DNA of 64,000 nucleotides from Alphaproteobacteria bacterium (GTDB lineage: Bacteria; Pseudomonadota; Alphaproteobacteria; UBA9655). Of the stretch, positions 1-9,303 are shown piece by piece. The notes under the pieces were generated by a model. That model saw only the letters and a list, made by a program, of their open reading frames with translations. It searched no databases and was not told the DNA's origin. Location of the stretch: NCBI GenBank assembly GCA_013815465.1, contig JACDGE010000007.1:3001-67000 (forward strand). Direction: 5' to 3'. How positions within the stretch are numbered: position 1 is the stretch's first letter; every line of letters starts with the position of its first letter. Position numbers and translations under genes: made by a program.

Positions 1-451
1 TTTTCTTTTCACTATAGAGTGATACATAAATTAAAGGTACTTGATCGGAATCTGCCTTTTTAATGAGAGGCTTTGAAGCATCTTCCGGATATTTACCCGC
101 ACCCTCAACTTTTTGAATGCGATCGCGCACATCAGCTGCTGCAAGATCAATATCCCGGTCAGGTCTAAAGTATAACTTAACTACGCTGGTGTCTGTTTCA
201 CTGCGTGACGTCATATAATCAAGGCCTTCAATCCCCCCGAGAGCTTCTTCCATGAGACGCGTGAGCTGCTGTTCAATAATTTGAGGACTCGCCCCCTCGA
301 GAGAGGTCTCTACACTGATAACCGGCTTGTCCACTTGGGGGAACTGGCGAAGGGAAAGCCGCGAATAGGAAACAGCACCCACCATTAAAATGATGAGGGT
401 CATGACAATGGACAAGACGGGCCGACGGATTAAAAGCTCTGTAAAATTCAT
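1..451 (-). CDS. RND (AcrB/HAE1-type) efflux permease, N-terminal part; the gene continues beyond the window start
   Basis: Open-ended minus-strand frame, so absent from the ORF track. ATG at 451-449, 2 nt after the adaptor stop. My translation MNFTELLIRRPVLSIVMTLIILMVGAVSYSRLSLRQFPQVDKPVISVETSLEGASPQIIEQQLTRLMEEALGGIEGLDYMTSRSE... is a canonical RND pump N-terminus (TM1 plus start of the porter domain). Confidence 0.8.
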   Translation of the reverse strand, partial: MNFTELLIRRPVLSIVMTLIILMVGAVSYSRLSLRQFPQVDKPVISVETSLEGASPQIIEQQLTRLMEEALGGIEGLDYMTSRSETDTSVVKLYFRPDRDIDLAAADVRDRIQKVEGAGKYPEDASKPLIKKADSDQVPLIYVSLYSEKK

Positions 452-453
452 CT

Positions 454-1656
454 TTATACCCTTCGACTTTCAAGCTTCAGAGGCATTGCCCTGCGGGTCT
501 CTCCCTCGGCCACGTATAAGAATACGCTCCTCTGGTTCGCCGCTTGGGCGCCTACCTGAATTCTTGAAATCCTTTGGGTATGTTTTTCTTGTGCTTGTTC
601 TTGAGGTTTATTGACAACGGTTACTTCTGTACCATCCTGTGCTCTGAATCCTCCAGCCGTGATCACCAGATCTCCTGGTTTGACACCATGGGTGATTTCT
701 ATTTCATTTCCTTCCTGCATCCCCGTACTCACCACAGTCTTTACGGAAACATTATCGACAACAAGCAGGACGTACTCTTCCTCGCCCTCTCTTTCAATTG
801 CTGTGGTAGGCACAAGCACCGCATTTTCAATGGTTCCTGCAAGGACAAGGACACGCGCAAAAAAGCCGGGACGGTAGATAAGTTCCTTATTTGGCATTTC
901 GGCGCGGATAACGACCTGAAGGGTGTCTGCGCTAATTTCAGGGCTAATGGCTTTGATTGTGGCTTCAACAGGTAAAATATCAATGTCTTCAACCGTCACA
1001 TCAACGATATCGCCCTCTTTAATATGGGGGAAAAATGACTCAGGAATGCTAAAATCCACATTAATTGGGTCTAAATCCACAACAGTAGCAAGCTCATTAG
1101 ATGGCGAAATTGCAGCGCCTACACTCACTTCACTTAACCCTATCACCCCTGAAAAAGGCGCTTTTATAATCGTATTCTCGAGGTCGATTTTAGCCAGCGC
1201 CAACTCAGCTTCTTTAACTTGCATATCAGCGAGGGTTTTATCCCGCTGGGCAACGGTCCCAAAGTTTTTTTCTAACAACTTAACCGCCCGACTATGCTCT
1301 TCCTTCGCTTGAGCAAGAGCGGCTTCCGCGCCCATAACTTTTGCTTTGTAAACAGCATCATCTATTTTAAAAAGAGGTGACCCCTCTTTGACTTTTTGTC
1401 CTTCTTTAAAGTATATTTTTGCAATCTTACCTTGCACCTCAGGGTGAAGGATAACAGATTGAATCGGAGAAAGCTTTCCAACCGCGCTGACCCGTCTTAA
1501 CATCGTTCCTGTCTTTGCAGCGACGGCTTCAACAGGAATGGCCTCCCTCGTGTGCACAACAGGAGCGATCTCTTTTCCTTTTTTTAGCCAGAGGATGCCC
1601 GCAACTCCCACCGAGCATAAAACCAAAGCGATTATAACTTTTTGATATGTCTTCAT
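454..1656 (-). CDS. Efflux RND periplasmic adaptor (membrane fusion protein, HlyD/AcrA family); the last 41 codons are encoded by a MITE-like repeat
   Basis: 400-aa ORF with an N-terminal membrane anchor, coiled-coil hairpin segments (AEAALAQAKEEH..., VKEAELALAKIDLENT), and barrel/lipoyl motifs typical of MFPs. It lies directly upstream of the RND permease. Confidence 0.85.
   Translation of the reverse strand: MKTYQKVIIALVLCSVGVAGILWLKKGKEIAPVVHTREAIPVEAVAAKTGTMLRRVSAVGKLSPIQSVILHPEVQGKIAKIYFKEGQKVKEGSPLFKIDDAVYKAKVMGAEAALAQAKEEHSRAVKLLEKNFGTVAQRDKTLADMQVKEAELALAKIDLENTIIKAPFSGVIGLSEVSVGAAISPSNELATVVDLDPINVDFSIPESFFPHIKEGDIVDVTVEDIDILPVEATIKAISPEISADTLQVVIRAEMPNKELIYRPGFFARVLVLAGTIENAVLVPTTAIEREGEEEYVLLVVDNVSVKTVVSTGMQEGNEIEITHGVKPGDLVITAGGFRAQDGTEVTVVNKPQEQAQEKHTQRISRIQVGAQAANQRSVFLYVAEGETRRAMPLKLESRRV
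457..580 (-). mobile_element. MITE-like repeat, copy a (type I core), TA-flanked, embedded in the 3' end of the adaptor ORF
   Basis: Read on the minus strand: TA-CCCAAAGGATTTCAAGAATTCAGGTAGGCGCCCAAGCGG...GAGCGTATTCTTATACGTGG...CTTGAAAGTCGAAGGG-TA. Nearly collinear with the copy at 37393-37516. Confidence 0.7.
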
Positions 1657-1770
1657 TTTTTTGTTCTCTGTTCAAAATAATCTAAAAATTGTATAAATAT
1701 GTTTCATACATAATACCCTATCAGGCAATAGATTAACATATGATAAAGAAAATTTAAGGAAATAAAAAAT

Positions 1771-2415
1771 ATGGCAGGAGCTTTTCCCCTTCATTTTGCA
1801 GAAATTTTGACCTCTCGTTTATGTCACGACTTGATTTCACCCATCAGTGCAATTAATACGGGTCTAGAACTATTTCAAGAAACTTCACCGAACCATCGTA
1901 CAGAATCTGATGAAATTTTAAAGCTTATCTTAAACAGTGCTCACACAGCTTCTGCTCGTGTGAGTTTTTATAGAGTAGCTTTTGGGCGTAGTGGAGGCAG
2001 TATCTCTCTTGGTATGGCCAGGGAATTGATAGAAAAATACTTTCTGCGGAGTAAATTGAAAATCCAATGGAACGATCCTTTTCAAAAAGATTTTGTCTTA
2101 GATGCGGGGGGACGTATTCTATTAAACGCTGTTTTGTGGATGAGTGAGTGTGCCCCACGAGGAGGGCTTCTGCACATAACCACACCTCGAGAGGATGTCC
2201 CCGTTCTTTCTCTTCGCCTCGAAACAGACTCTATTATTTTACACCAAGGTACGGTCGAAGCCTTAGAGGGGAAAGCCCCCCTCCAAGAGATTACACCGCG
2301 AACTGTGCCATGTTATTTAATTCACTGCATTGTTAAAGAAGAACAGGGAAACCTGATGATTAACAAAACATCTTCTCCGTCAGAGCTTGTTTTAGAGGTC
2401 ACAATGAACGAGTGA
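1771..2415 (+). CDS. chpT: Histidine phosphotransferase ChpT-like protein
   Basis: 214 aa. The N-terminal LTSRLCHDLISPISAINTGLELFQE matches the conserved H-box-like helix of alphaproteobacterial ChpT (CckA-ChpT-CtrA phosphorelay), and the size is appropriate. Confidence 0.65.
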   Translation: MAGAFPLHFAEILTSRLCHDLISPISAINTGLELFQETSPNHRTESDEILKLILNSAHTASARVSFYRVAFGRSGGSISLGMARELIEKYFLRSKLKIQWNDPFQKDFVLDAGGRILLNAVLWMSECAPRGGLLHITTPREDVPVLSLRLETDSIILHQGTVEALEGKAPLQEITPRTVPCYLIHCIVKEEQGNLMINKTSSPSELVLEVTMNE

Positions 2416-2577
2416 TAGGGGACCGAGGATGGATTCCTGCGTCTTATTTGTTTTTTGTAACAAAAAATAAAGATTTTTTAAATTCCGGGCTCGCTCCGAG
2501 ATCTAAAAATTATTTAGACATCGCCCGAACTATCATAGGGAGGAAGTTCAAACATATCGTCTCAGGTGTTTCTTATA

Positions 2578-2994
2578 TTACTCTCCAATAACTTCCGGAT
2601 ACTTATCTGGCTGGGAAAGACAATATTCAATAACGGGTTGGGATTCATCATTTTCCTCAACTTCTATAAAATCTACGAATAGACCCTTCGCAAATCCACC
2701 GCGTTCTGCTTGCTTTTGAAGTCGTTTTTTTTCAATATGTTCTACTTGTAAACCATAATATTTAGAAATTGCGTACAAAACCTCGATAACGTCTGAAATT
2801 TCTTCTTTGATGTCTTTTGCAGTGGTCGCACTTAAAACTTCTGCAATTTCTTCTTCGAGCTTTATCTTTAAATGATCGATAAGGTCCCGTGATGTGAGAG
2901 GATAGGCTTCTACGTGAACGCCCATTTTATTCATTCTTTTTGGCATTTTATCCCGAACAAGTGTCTCCATTTTAAAACGTCGTTTAGCTATCAT
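2578..2994 (-). CDS. MazG-like nucleoside triphosphate pyrophosphohydrolase family protein
   Basis: 138 aa. The LVRDKMP start and the EExxExxxxxxxEExxDVIEVL acidic helix pattern are typical of small all-alpha NTP pyrophosphohydrolases. AAGGAG lies upstream of the ATG. Confidence 0.5.
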   Translation of the reverse strand: MIAKRRFKMETLVRDKMPKRMNKMGVHVEAYPLTSRDLIDHLKIKLEEEIAEVLSATTAKDIKEEISDVIEVLYAISKYYGLQVEHIEKKRLQKQAERGGFAKGLFVDFIEVEENDESQPVIEYCLSQPDKYPEVIGE

Positions 2995-3144
2995 CTCACT
3001 GAGCTCCTTTCTTTCTTCTTCTCTCTTCTTTTTACAAATTCATTCTCATAAAAGCAAGGAAGCAATGGGAGGACGCTAGAGAATTCGTTTGCAATGTTAT
3101 TAATATAGATCTATAAATTTTTTTAAATAAAATGGAGGGGCCGG

Positions 3145-3996
3145 ATGTATGTAAAAGTTATTAATTATACTGCCCCACAAGCAGCTCAAGAATTTGCGAG
3201 ATCTTTAAGAGATACAGGGTTTGCTGTGCTTATCAATCACCCAATTTCTCAAAGCCTTGTGAACGCCGTCTACGAGGACTGGAAAAATTTTTTTGCAAAC
3301 GATGCAAAATTTAACTACCTTTTTCTTCCAGATGAAATTCCCCAAAGGGGTTACTTCCCTTTTAAAAGTGAAAGTGCAAAATATCACTCTATAAAGGATC
3401 TTAAAGAATACTATCATTATAGAGATGAAAATGATTTGCCAAGAGAGATGGGAAACAGTACCGAATTCTTCCTTCAAGACATGACCAAGCTTGGAACTGA
3501 AGTCTTACAATGGATTGAAACCAACTTACCCAAAGACATATTTAATGCTCTTTCTATGCCCCTTAGTCAAATGATTCACAAAAGTGACACCAGTGTCATC
3601 CGGTGTCTCCATTATCCTCCCCTTACGGAAGGGGGAACAGAAAATTCTGTTAGAGCTGCTGCACATGAGGATATCGATTTGTTAACAATTTTGCCGGCTG
3701 CAACGGCGCCTGGTCTTCAAGTTCTTGATAGAGAAGGAAATTGGCACGAGGTTCCCTGCGATTCTGGAATGTTAATATTTAATGGCGGAGATATGTTGCA
3801 AGAAGCAACCAAAGGGTACTATAAATCAACAACACATAAAGTTGTTAATCCCGCAGGTGAATTCGCGCACAAACCTCGTTATTCCTTAACCTTGTTTTTG
3901 CAACCTCGAAAGGATGTACGACTTTCAGAAGCCCATACGGCAGAGAGTTATTTTGCAGAACGTTTTAGAGAAAATGGACTCAAGCCAGCAGCTTAA
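3145..3996 (+). CDS. 2-oxoglutarate/Fe(II)-dependent oxygenase (isopenicillin N synthase-like family)
   Basis: 283 aa. Contains AAHEDIDLLTILP (HxD iron ligands), a distal STTHKV His and a downstream R-x-S (PRYSL) motif. GGAGG RBS. Confidence 0.75.
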   Translation: MYVKVINYTAPQAAQEFARSLRDTGFAVLINHPISQSLVNAVYEDWKNFFANDAKFNYLFLPDEIPQRGYFPFKSESAKYHSIKDLKEYYHYRDENDLPREMGNSTEFFLQDMTKLGTEVLQWIETNLPKDIFNALSMPLSQMIHKSDTSVIRCLHYPPLTEGGTENSVRAAAHEDIDLLTILPAATAPGLQVLDREGNWHEVPCDSGMLIFNGGDMLQEATKGYYKSTTHKVVNPAGEFAHKPRYSLTLFLQPRKDVRLSEAHTAESYFAERFRENGLKPAA

Positions 3997-4014
3997 ATTT
4001 TAAAGGAGAATGGT

Positions 4015-4350
4015 ATGACTAAGATGACGTTTATTAAACCAGACGGTGAGCAGATCGAGATTGAGGCGCCGAACGGACTCTCTATCCTCGAAATTGCTCA
4101 TCAAAATAGTGAGAGGCTCTATTTAGAAGGAGCCTGTGAGGGGTCTCTGGCTTGCTCAACCTGCCATGTGGTTATTGATCAGAAGTGGTATGATCTTTTA
4201 ACCCCTGCAACAGAAGATGAAGAAGACATGTTGGATTTGGCTTTTGGCTTGACCCAAACGTCTCGCTTGGGGTGTCAAATTATCATGCGCCCGGAGCTTG
4301 AAGGAATCGTGGTGCGTCTCCCTGCTGCCACACGTAATATGATGGTGTAA
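4015..4350 (+). CDS. 2Fe-2S ferredoxin, adrenodoxin/putidaredoxin type
   Basis: 111 aa. The cluster motif [15 protein letters not shown] plus a distal GCQI cysteine is the characteristic vertebrate-type ferredoxin layout. AAGGAG RBS. Confidence 0.85.
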   Translation: MTKMTFIKPDGEQIEIEAPNGLSILEIAHQNSERLYLEGACEGSLACSTCHVVIDQKWYDLLTPATEDEEDMLDLAFGLTQTSRLGCQIIMRPELEGIVVRLPAATRNMMV

Positions 4351-4479
4351 GAGAAAAGGTACATGGGGCAAGACCCCTCAACTTTAACGCTAAGGTATTA
4401 TAACTTCCTGATTACCTACAATACTCAGTAGGGCTTTACAGGAATAATAGCATCCAAAATAAGATTTATTATCCGTAGG

Positions 4480-5428
4480 ATGGTTATCAAGAAAAATACC
4501 GCTCAGTTTCAAAAGGAATTGAGAATTCCGGAGTTTTTGAAGGAATATGAGGATGAGTCCCAATGCTTTAAAGCCTTAGTGGAGATGAGGTGGCACGCAG
4601 GATTTCGGTGTCCTAGATGTGAGTCCCACTCTCCTTGCCGTCTAAAACACGACATACCCTTTTCTAGGGCAATGACTGCCACACTCAGACCCCCGTAATG
4701 GTAGCAACAATTTTCTATTCAGCAAAACTCCCTCTGACCACATGGTTCTTGGCTATCTACTTGATGAGTCAGAGTAAAAATGGTATTTCCCAATTGGAAG
4801 TTGCACGATAGGTTGGCATTTTCCCCCGCACATGAGCGGCGCTTTATCACCAGCTGGCTCAGGTCATGCTGGAGCGCGATATGGATAAGCCATTGTCTCA
4901 TAAGATAGAACTGCACGATGTCTACTAGGGAGGCAAGAAAAAAGGCAAGCGAGGTCGGGGTTCAGAAAATACCCCCCCCTTTAATGCGGTTATTAAGAAT
5001 GATGAGTCAAATCATTCCCAGCCAATCAAGCTACACGCGGTGTACATCTTTAAAAAAAGAGTTTAAAATGGGCGGTCAAGCATTTGCAGACAGGGCTAGT
5101 GCTGACTGCTGATGGTCTCGCCTGTTTTAAGGACATTAAAGATGCAGGGTATGGGCATGAAGTTACTGTTGTAGGAAATGGCCGTGATCCTCAGAAAACC
5201 GCACCATTTAATTGGGTGAATACAGTTCTTGGAAATCCGAAAACTGCCTTGGCGGGGACGTTTCATAAGCTTTCAAAGCCCCTTCTGCCTCGCCATTTGG
5301 CTACTTTTCAATACCGTTTTAATCGACAATTTATACTCGAAGACATGGTTCCAAGGCTGGCCTATGTCTCTTTTAGGATGCCTCCTATGCCAAAAAGGCT
5401 ACTTGTTTTGGCTGAAAATCGTTGGTAA
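4480..5428 (+). pseudogene. Decayed IS1595-family (ISXO2-like) transposase gene
   Basis: The N-terminal zinc-ribbon part (QFQKELRIPEFLKEYEDESQCFKALVEMRWHAGFRCPRCES) and the C-terminal part (ADGLACFKDIKDAGYGHEVTV...FNWVNTVLGNPKTALAGTFHKLSKPLLPRHLATFQYRFNRQFILEDMVPRLAYV) are in different frames. The middle part (AKLPLTTWFLAIYLMSQSKNGIS) is broken by stops. Confidence 0.75.
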
Positions 5429-5563
5429 TGGCCACTGCTGTCGTGTACTTTTACAATTGAAAAAATCAGCACATAGCTCTTGATATTATATTTTAAGTAC
5501 TTACATGTTGTTCATCATCTCTTTTTTGATGTTTTTATTAATTGTTTTTATTTTAAGGATTTT

Positions 5564-6475
5564 ATGATGAGAAAAAAACTTTTTGCTTTAATGCTGAGTT
5601 TAGCTATTTTGACAACCAGCCCCCTATTTGCAATGGATGCGCCCGAAGACGAGCGGCCGGGATTAGGAACCGTACCTAAGTGTGTGTTCACAAATCATCT
5701 CATGAAAGAGCTTGCTCTGCCAGATGTAACCTCAGTCTTTCAGGTTTCAAAAGCATTTTACACACTAAGCGTTGACGAAACTGTTTGGGAGTCTGTTGTT
5801 GCAAAACTAGGACTTAGCTTTGATCCCCATGTAAATTTCAGTATACGAAATCAGCTTCGATCTTTTTGCGAGAATTCCGTGAGTAATCTAACTCAAAAAT
5901 GCAGTATGTCGATGGAAACCCTTCAATCCTTTAGGAAAAATCTTATCCCTGGCTCTAATCCTGTTTCATATGATATTAAAATAGGGAACATCCCTCTCTG
6001 CATGACCTATATACAAGCAAATGATATAGGAACGGGTGCCCATGAGGTACACTTAAATATTGACTTTAGTAAAATTGATAATACCCAAAGGGTAATTTTT
6101 TCTAAGGCCCCTGATCAACATCTCTTCAAGAGTAGGTTTATACTATTGACAAAGGATGATGGCATTGGTGGGATAGTAGACCAGCACGGAATTACTCTTT
6201 CGAGCCCTGAATTTATGAAAAGACTAAACGAAGTTAGTACTAAATTTTCTACAACGATGATACAGGCGTGCACTTTTACAATTACACCAGGTCAACGCGT
6301 TAAACCAATTCAGAAAAAGGTAGCAGAAACGAGAGAGGAAGGACTCGCGCGATTACGACCACAAGCGCTGGCTCTTTTTGATGCTGCTCAAAGTATAGAA
6401 TCTATCGCTCAGGCTCTTTTTCTTCCTGAAGAAACAATTATGGAAATGCTAGGGTTAAATTCTGAAAAGAAGTAA
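5564..6475 (+). CDS. Secreted F-box-like motif protein, paralog A
   Basis: Start chosen at ATGATG 5564 with AAGGA upstream; the track ORF extends further upstream. Leader MMRKKLFALMLSLAILTTSPLFA, then MDAPEDE. F-box-like segment LPDVTSVFQVSKAFYTLSVDETVWESV. Confidence 0.6.
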   Translation: MMRKKLFALMLSLAILTTSPLFAMDAPEDERPGLGTVPKCVFTNHLMKELALPDVTSVFQVSKAFYTLSVDETVWESVVAKLGLSFDPHVNFSIRNQLRSFCENSVSNLTQKCSMSMETLQSFRKNLIPGSNPVSYDIKIGNIPLCMTYIQANDIGTGAHEVHLNIDFSKIDNTQRVIFSKAPDQHLFKSRFILLTKDDGIGGIVDQHGITLSSPEFMKRLNEVSTKFSTTMIQACTFTITPGQRVKPIQKKVAETREEGLARLRPQALALFDAAQSIESIAQALFLPEETIMEMLGLNSEKK

Positions 6476-6853
6476 AAAACCTTAAGGTTATCCAACCCCG
6501 CGAAAGTGGGTCCATTTTTAGCCCCTCGTTTAGGGTGGATGGACCCACAGCACGCCTCTCCATAGGCCCTTGTAGACCAAAAGGGCTCATAAAGGTTGCA
6601 TCTACGAACAATCCCAGGACTGTCATTCTCGAGTCAATGATTCAAAGCATTGAGATCTATGTATGCGCGGATTTTTTGTGTTTATTTTTCTTTGTAAGAG
6701 CTTACGACAGCCACGGAACAGCCGGATGAATTTGATGAGCGCCCAGTTTCTGTTTATCTTTTCTTGCAGAAAAGAAAGAGATAAGCTCTATTAGAGAACT
6801 CAGGTTTCTCTGCAGGTTTAGATGGTTCCATTTCCCACTATCTTATCTTCGTT

Positions 6854-8137
6854 CTACCTAAAGGCGATTAAATCCCCATTGTCCGTCAAAATATAGAGTG
6901 TTTCTTGTGCCACAAAAGGAGCTAATGAGACGGGCGCCCCCACCTCGGTTGTTGAAAGAATTGTTCCATTCGTAGGGTCAAGAGCGACCAGGGCTCCGCT
7001 CGCCTTGACGATATAAAGCTTGTTATTGGCGACGAGTGGTCCATCCCAAATCACTTTATAGGGATGTTCGATATCAGATTCCAACTTCTTTATCCACACA
7101 ACTTGACCATAGTCCCGCGTAAGGCACATGATTTCATTCTGGGAGTTAACCATGAATATAAAGTCGCCGATCACAGCGGGGGTGCGTAATCCCCCAATAC
7201 TTCTCTCCCAAAGCTTTTCCCCGCGTCTTAAATCATAAGCCGCCATTTTTTGATTATAACCGATAATAATCACCGTGTTTTGGTCAATTACAGGGAGAGC
7301 TTTGATGTGTGAAAGAGAGGAAAGGGAATCAGGGCGCTTGGTCGCGCTGAGGGTTTCAGTCCACAGCTGGTGCCCATTTTCTGCTTTAAGAGCATAAATT
7401 TCGCCGGAAGAATAGGTCACAATCACAACCCCCTTAGACACAGCGGGAGAAGCTGTTCCTAGAAGGCCAGCAAATTCCGTGATGCCGGCGTGATCCCATA
7501 GACGTTTTCCGGTTGCCGCATCAAGAACTTCTAGTTGATTGCTGATGGTTAAAACATAAAGCCGCCCATCGGAATATGTAGGGGCTGCGCGAACAGGGCT
7601 TTGGGTTGGAACCCGCCAAAGAATTTTCCCTGATTTTGCATCGAGAGCAAGAACTTCTGCATGGGGTGATGTTACAAAAACTTTTTCTTCTCCAAAAGCA
7701 AGGCCTCCTCCGATAATTGATCCCCCTCGTTCTTCAGGTGAAATGTCGGCTTTCCAGAGAGTTTTGCCGGATGATGCAGACAAGGACCTAACATGCCCCT
7801 CTGTATCAAGGGCATAGATAATTGCTTCCTTAACGATAGGAGAAGACAAAAGTCTCCCATCCCCATTTCCGGCTCCTATAGAGGCCGTCCACTGAGGAGT
7901 GATTGTTTCTTGAAGAGAGAAGTGGGGCATGACGTGTCCTGCGCTGCCCCCCTGCTGCGGCCAATCTCTCCCAAGTTCTGAAAGAGGAAGCATGACGCTC
8001 TTATCTTTCGTATCGAGGTCGACCTTAACGGAGCTTTCATAAGTTACCACAGGAATACGTGTTCCCGTAATGGGAATTTTTGGTGTATCACAGGCCCCCA
8101 AGGCGAGAAGAGGAAAAAGTCCTATAAACTTCCTCAT
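6854..8137 (-). CDS. bamB: Outer membrane protein assembly factor BamB (PQQ-like beta-propeller lipoprotein)
   Basis: Start chosen at MRKFIGLFPLLALGAC (lipobox LALGAC), which overlaps the upstream stop as ATGA. Repeated G-K-xLW / beta-propeller blades (GKTLWKAD, GKILWRVP, GKRLWDHA, GHQLWTET, GEKLWERS). Confidence 0.8.
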   Translation of the reverse strand: MRKFIGLFPLLALGACDTPKIPITGTRIPVVTYESSVKVDLDTKDKSVMLPLSELGRDWPQQGGSAGHVMPHFSLQETITPQWTASIGAGNGDGRLLSSPIVKEAIIYALDTEGHVRSLSASSGKTLWKADISPEERGGSIIGGGLAFGEEKVFVTSPHAEVLALDAKSGKILWRVPTQSPVRAAPTYSDGRLYVLTISNQLEVLDAATGKRLWDHAGITEFAGLLGTASPAVSKGVVIVTYSSGEIYALKAENGHQLWTETLSATKRPDSLSSLSHIKALPVIDQNTVIIIGYNQKMAAYDLRRGEKLWERSIGGLRTPAVIGDFIFMVNSQNEIMCLTRDYGQVVWIKKLESDIEHPYKVIWDGPLVANNKLYIVKASGALVALDPTNGTILSTTEVGAPVSLAPFVAQETLYILTDNGDLIAFR

Positions 8138-8793
8138 TGTTGAACCCCGGTACTGTTTGCTTCTTCCCATAGTAAGGGGGGGATATCAATTTGAGATAGC
8201 ATCATTCCTGCCCGTAATGTTTCATCAGGTGTGAGGGAGGTCTCCTTTAAAATCCTAATATAGAGCTTGGCTGCGCTTACGGAATCTCCTCTTTTTAAAT
8301 CGGCTAAAGCCAGCAATTCGAGAGAGAGAGGCGCCCAAGCATTATTAGGAGCTGTTAAAGGTTCTAGAGGTGTCAAAACTTCGGGCTTATCAAGAGCACG
8401 AGCGGCCATTAAGATCTTTGGTAATTTACCCAATGCAGGATCGGCAACATTTTCTTGAGAAATTTTTGTGTATAGAGCTTCTGGGTCAGGTAGAAGAGAC
8501 GCTTCATAAAGCTGTGCAATCTTACCGTATCCCCCCCCTTCTACCGCCAAGTCATGAAAGGCTTTGAGAGCTTCCTCTTTTTTTCCTAGCTTAATAAGCT
8601 CAACGGCTTGAAAGAAAGAAACATGCTTCCTAACTTGGGCTTTATTTTTCAGATATTGCCAAAGCACGTAAGCGGATGTTGCAATCACAATGGCTACTGC
8701 TAGCCCAATTATATAGTTTCCATACTTATGCCAAAAATTAAGGATTCGTTCTTCACGAATATCTTCTTCCAGCTCTTTAAAAAAATCAGACAT
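8134..8793 (-). CDS. YfgM-like membrane-anchored TPR protein
   Basis: 219 aa with one TM helix near the N-terminus (NYIIGLAVAIVIATSAYVLW) followed by a helical repeat region. The conserved position directly upstream of bamB matches the E. coli order yfgM-bamB. Confidence 0.55.
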   Translation of the reverse strand: MSDFFKELEEDIREERILNFWHKYGNYIIGLAVAIVIATSAYVLWQYLKNKAQVRKHVSFFQAVELIKLGKKEEALKAFHDLAVEGGGYGKIAQLYEASLLPDPEALYTKISQENVADPALGKLPKILMAARALDKPEVLTPLEPLTAPNNAWAPLSLELLALADLKRGDSVSAAKLYIRILKETSLTPDETLRAGMMLSQIDIPPLLWEEANSTGVQQ

Positions 8794-8988
8794 GATTCAG
8801 GCTCCATTTTTCTAGACCACCATAATTTAAGATGCACCGTTGGTAAAGGTTAATTCAACATGCCCCAAACGGGTGCGGCATATTTGCATAAAAAATTTAC
8901 AGGGATGCTCCACAAAAATAAACCATAGAAAATTCCTTCCAGGAAATGTATGTTAAGAAAAAGAGAAGGCGAGGAGCATAACATACCC

Positions 8989-9303
8989 ATGGACATCATT
9001 CTTATCCCCCTACTTGCTGTCATGAGAGCAGTCCTTGGCATTTATTCTTGGATTGTCATTGTAAGTGTTATCATGAGTTGGCTTATTAACTTTAATGTTA
9101 TTAATTCACATAATAACTTTGTGCTCATGCTCATTGAATTTCTTTACAGGATGACTGAGCCTGTTCTCATGAAAATTCGCCGCGTCGTTCCTATTATCAG
9201 TGGGTTTGATCTATCGCCCATTATTTTGATTATAATATTATGGTTTTTACAAGCTGTTATTGCCCGACTCATGATGAGAGTTTTAGTGGGGGGTAGTGTC
9301 TAA
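8989..9303 (+). CDS. yggT: YggT family membrane protein
   Basis: VIMSWL...LYRMTEPVLMKIRRVVPIISGFDLSPIIL matches the YggT signature. Start set at the internal MDIILIPLL; the upstream extension of the track ORF is uncertain. Confidence 0.7.
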   Translation: MDIILIPLLAVMRAVLGIYSWIVIVSVIMSWLINFNVINSHNNFVLMLIEFLYRMTEPVLMKIRRVVPIISGFDLSPIILIIILWFLQAVIARLMMRVLVGGSV

